Virus record (IMG/VR): IMGVR_UViG_3300042923_000318
Span: 1-56,134 of that record
From: a virus
Taxonomy: Duplodnaviria > Caudoviricetes
Direction: 5' to 3' (one strand)
Length of the DNA: 56,134 nt
Positions 55,507-56,134 of the stretch are shown here, piece after piece; within the stretch, counting starts at the first letter, position 1; every line of letters begins with the position of its first letter. The position numbers were made by a program, and so were the translations under genes. The notes below the pieces were generated by a model. That model worked only from the letters and a program-made list of their open reading frames with translations, was not told where the DNA came from and ran no database searches.

Positions 55507-55890
55507 ATGAGAAAAGATTTAGTACATGATATAAAAGTTGCTCAATGCGTAGTGGCTCAAACTTTAACAGCTACTACAACAGGAACAGCGGTTGATATGT
55601 CTGGATACGAGGCAGCTACATTTATAATCAATGTAGGGACTGGAGTGTCCACAGATAATAAATTAACTGTTAGTTTGGTAGAGGGCGCGGCAAGCGATTC
55701 TTTGACAGACGTTGCAGCAGCAGATCAATTAAATGCTAGTTTTGACATAACAGCAGCAGGAGTTTATAAAATAGGTTACAGAGGGGTAAAACGATACGTA
55801 GCAGTAAAATTAACTGAAACTGGTACCGTATCAGCTCCAGTGAGCGTAACAGGAGTATTATCAAGTGCAAGAGTTGCACCGATAGCATAA
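55507..55890 (+). CDS. Capsid decoration/cement-like protein
   Basis: Follows MCP; beta-rich, GYRG.KRYV motif. Confidence 0.65.
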   Translation: MRKDLVHDIKVAQCVVAQTLTATTTGTAVDMSGYEAATFIINVGTGVSTDNKLTVSLVEGAASDSLTDVAAADQLNASFDITAAGVYKIGYRGVKRYVAVKLTETGTVSAPVSVTGVLSSARVAPIA

Positions 55891-55892
55891 AT

Positions 55893-56126
55893 ATGATTGA
55901 GCTAATAGCAAAAGAATATTTCTACGCTGCTGAAAATGGCATAAATACAAGATTGTATGTAACTGATGAAATTATAAGAACTTACAACAAAGAGTTTGCA
56001 GAGCTTTTAATTAAAAAAGGTCATGCCAAACTTGATGAAAAGTTAGAAACAAAAGTTATTGAAGTAGATGAAGTTAAAACCACTACAAAGGCAAGAGGTT
56101 TAAAAAGAAATAGTAAAATTGAATAG
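55893..56126 (+). CDS. Small head-associated protein (paralog of 229..453)
   Basis: Shared C-terminal DEKLETKV.EVDEVKTTTKARGLKRNSKIE. Confidence 0.7.
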   Translation: MIELIAKEYFYAAENGINTRLYVTDEIIRTYNKEFAELLIKKGHAKLDEKLETKVIEVDEVKTTTKARGLKRNSKIE

Positions 56127-56134
56127 TCTCCTTT
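56034..56134 (+). repeat. 101-bp direct repeat, copy 2
   Basis: Matches 361..461 with one mismatch. Confidence 0.95.

Larger units (their letters stand above)
1..56134. mobile_element. Near-complete temperate myovirus-type phage genome (Clostridium-like host), excised/circular arrangement
   Basis: Full head, contractile tail, lysis, integrase/repressor, replication and packaging modules; no host housekeeping genes; capsid genes at the right end continue into head-tail joining genes at the left end. Confidence 0.95.

Noticed and set aside
56034-56134. True virion direct terminal repeat
   Set aside because: Partner copy is internal (361-461), lies within a coding region and has a mismatch; more likely paralogy or an assembly junction

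Overview
The window is an essentially complete ~56 kb genome of a temperate, contractile-tailed (DUF3383 sheath/DUF3277 tube) phage of a low-GC spore-forming Firmicute, most likely Clostridium (ChW-repeat endolysin, SpoIIID and sporulation-type sigma homologues). It appears to be the excised or circular form: lysis genes abut a large serine integrase and the two ends share a 101-bp repeat. All core modules are present: head, tail, baseplate, lysis, integrase/CI/Cro, RecT-exonuclease, initiator-DnaB, terminase, portal, protease and HK97 capsid. The morphogenesis genes are split by three 6-8 kb blocks of early or accessory genes, many of whose promoters share a TGTACG(T/A/C)TAT operator-like motif. 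The most striking signal is a family of degenerate 28-bp, 11-6-11 dyad sites (ideal form AGTTCGYAATW-N6-WATTRCGAACT, always preceded by T). Pairs of these sites precisely bracket single accessory genes such as the C5 methyltransferase. One copy lies in frame inside a 1094-aa BppU-type adhesin, where it encodes NSQLAEKAN at the anchor/variable-domain junction. This is a candidate Xer/dif-like gene- and domain-cassette exchange system with no cognate tyrosine recombinase recognised on the phage. Several promoter-bearing structured ncRNA candidates are also present. All calls come from reading the sequence by eye; no database searches were run.
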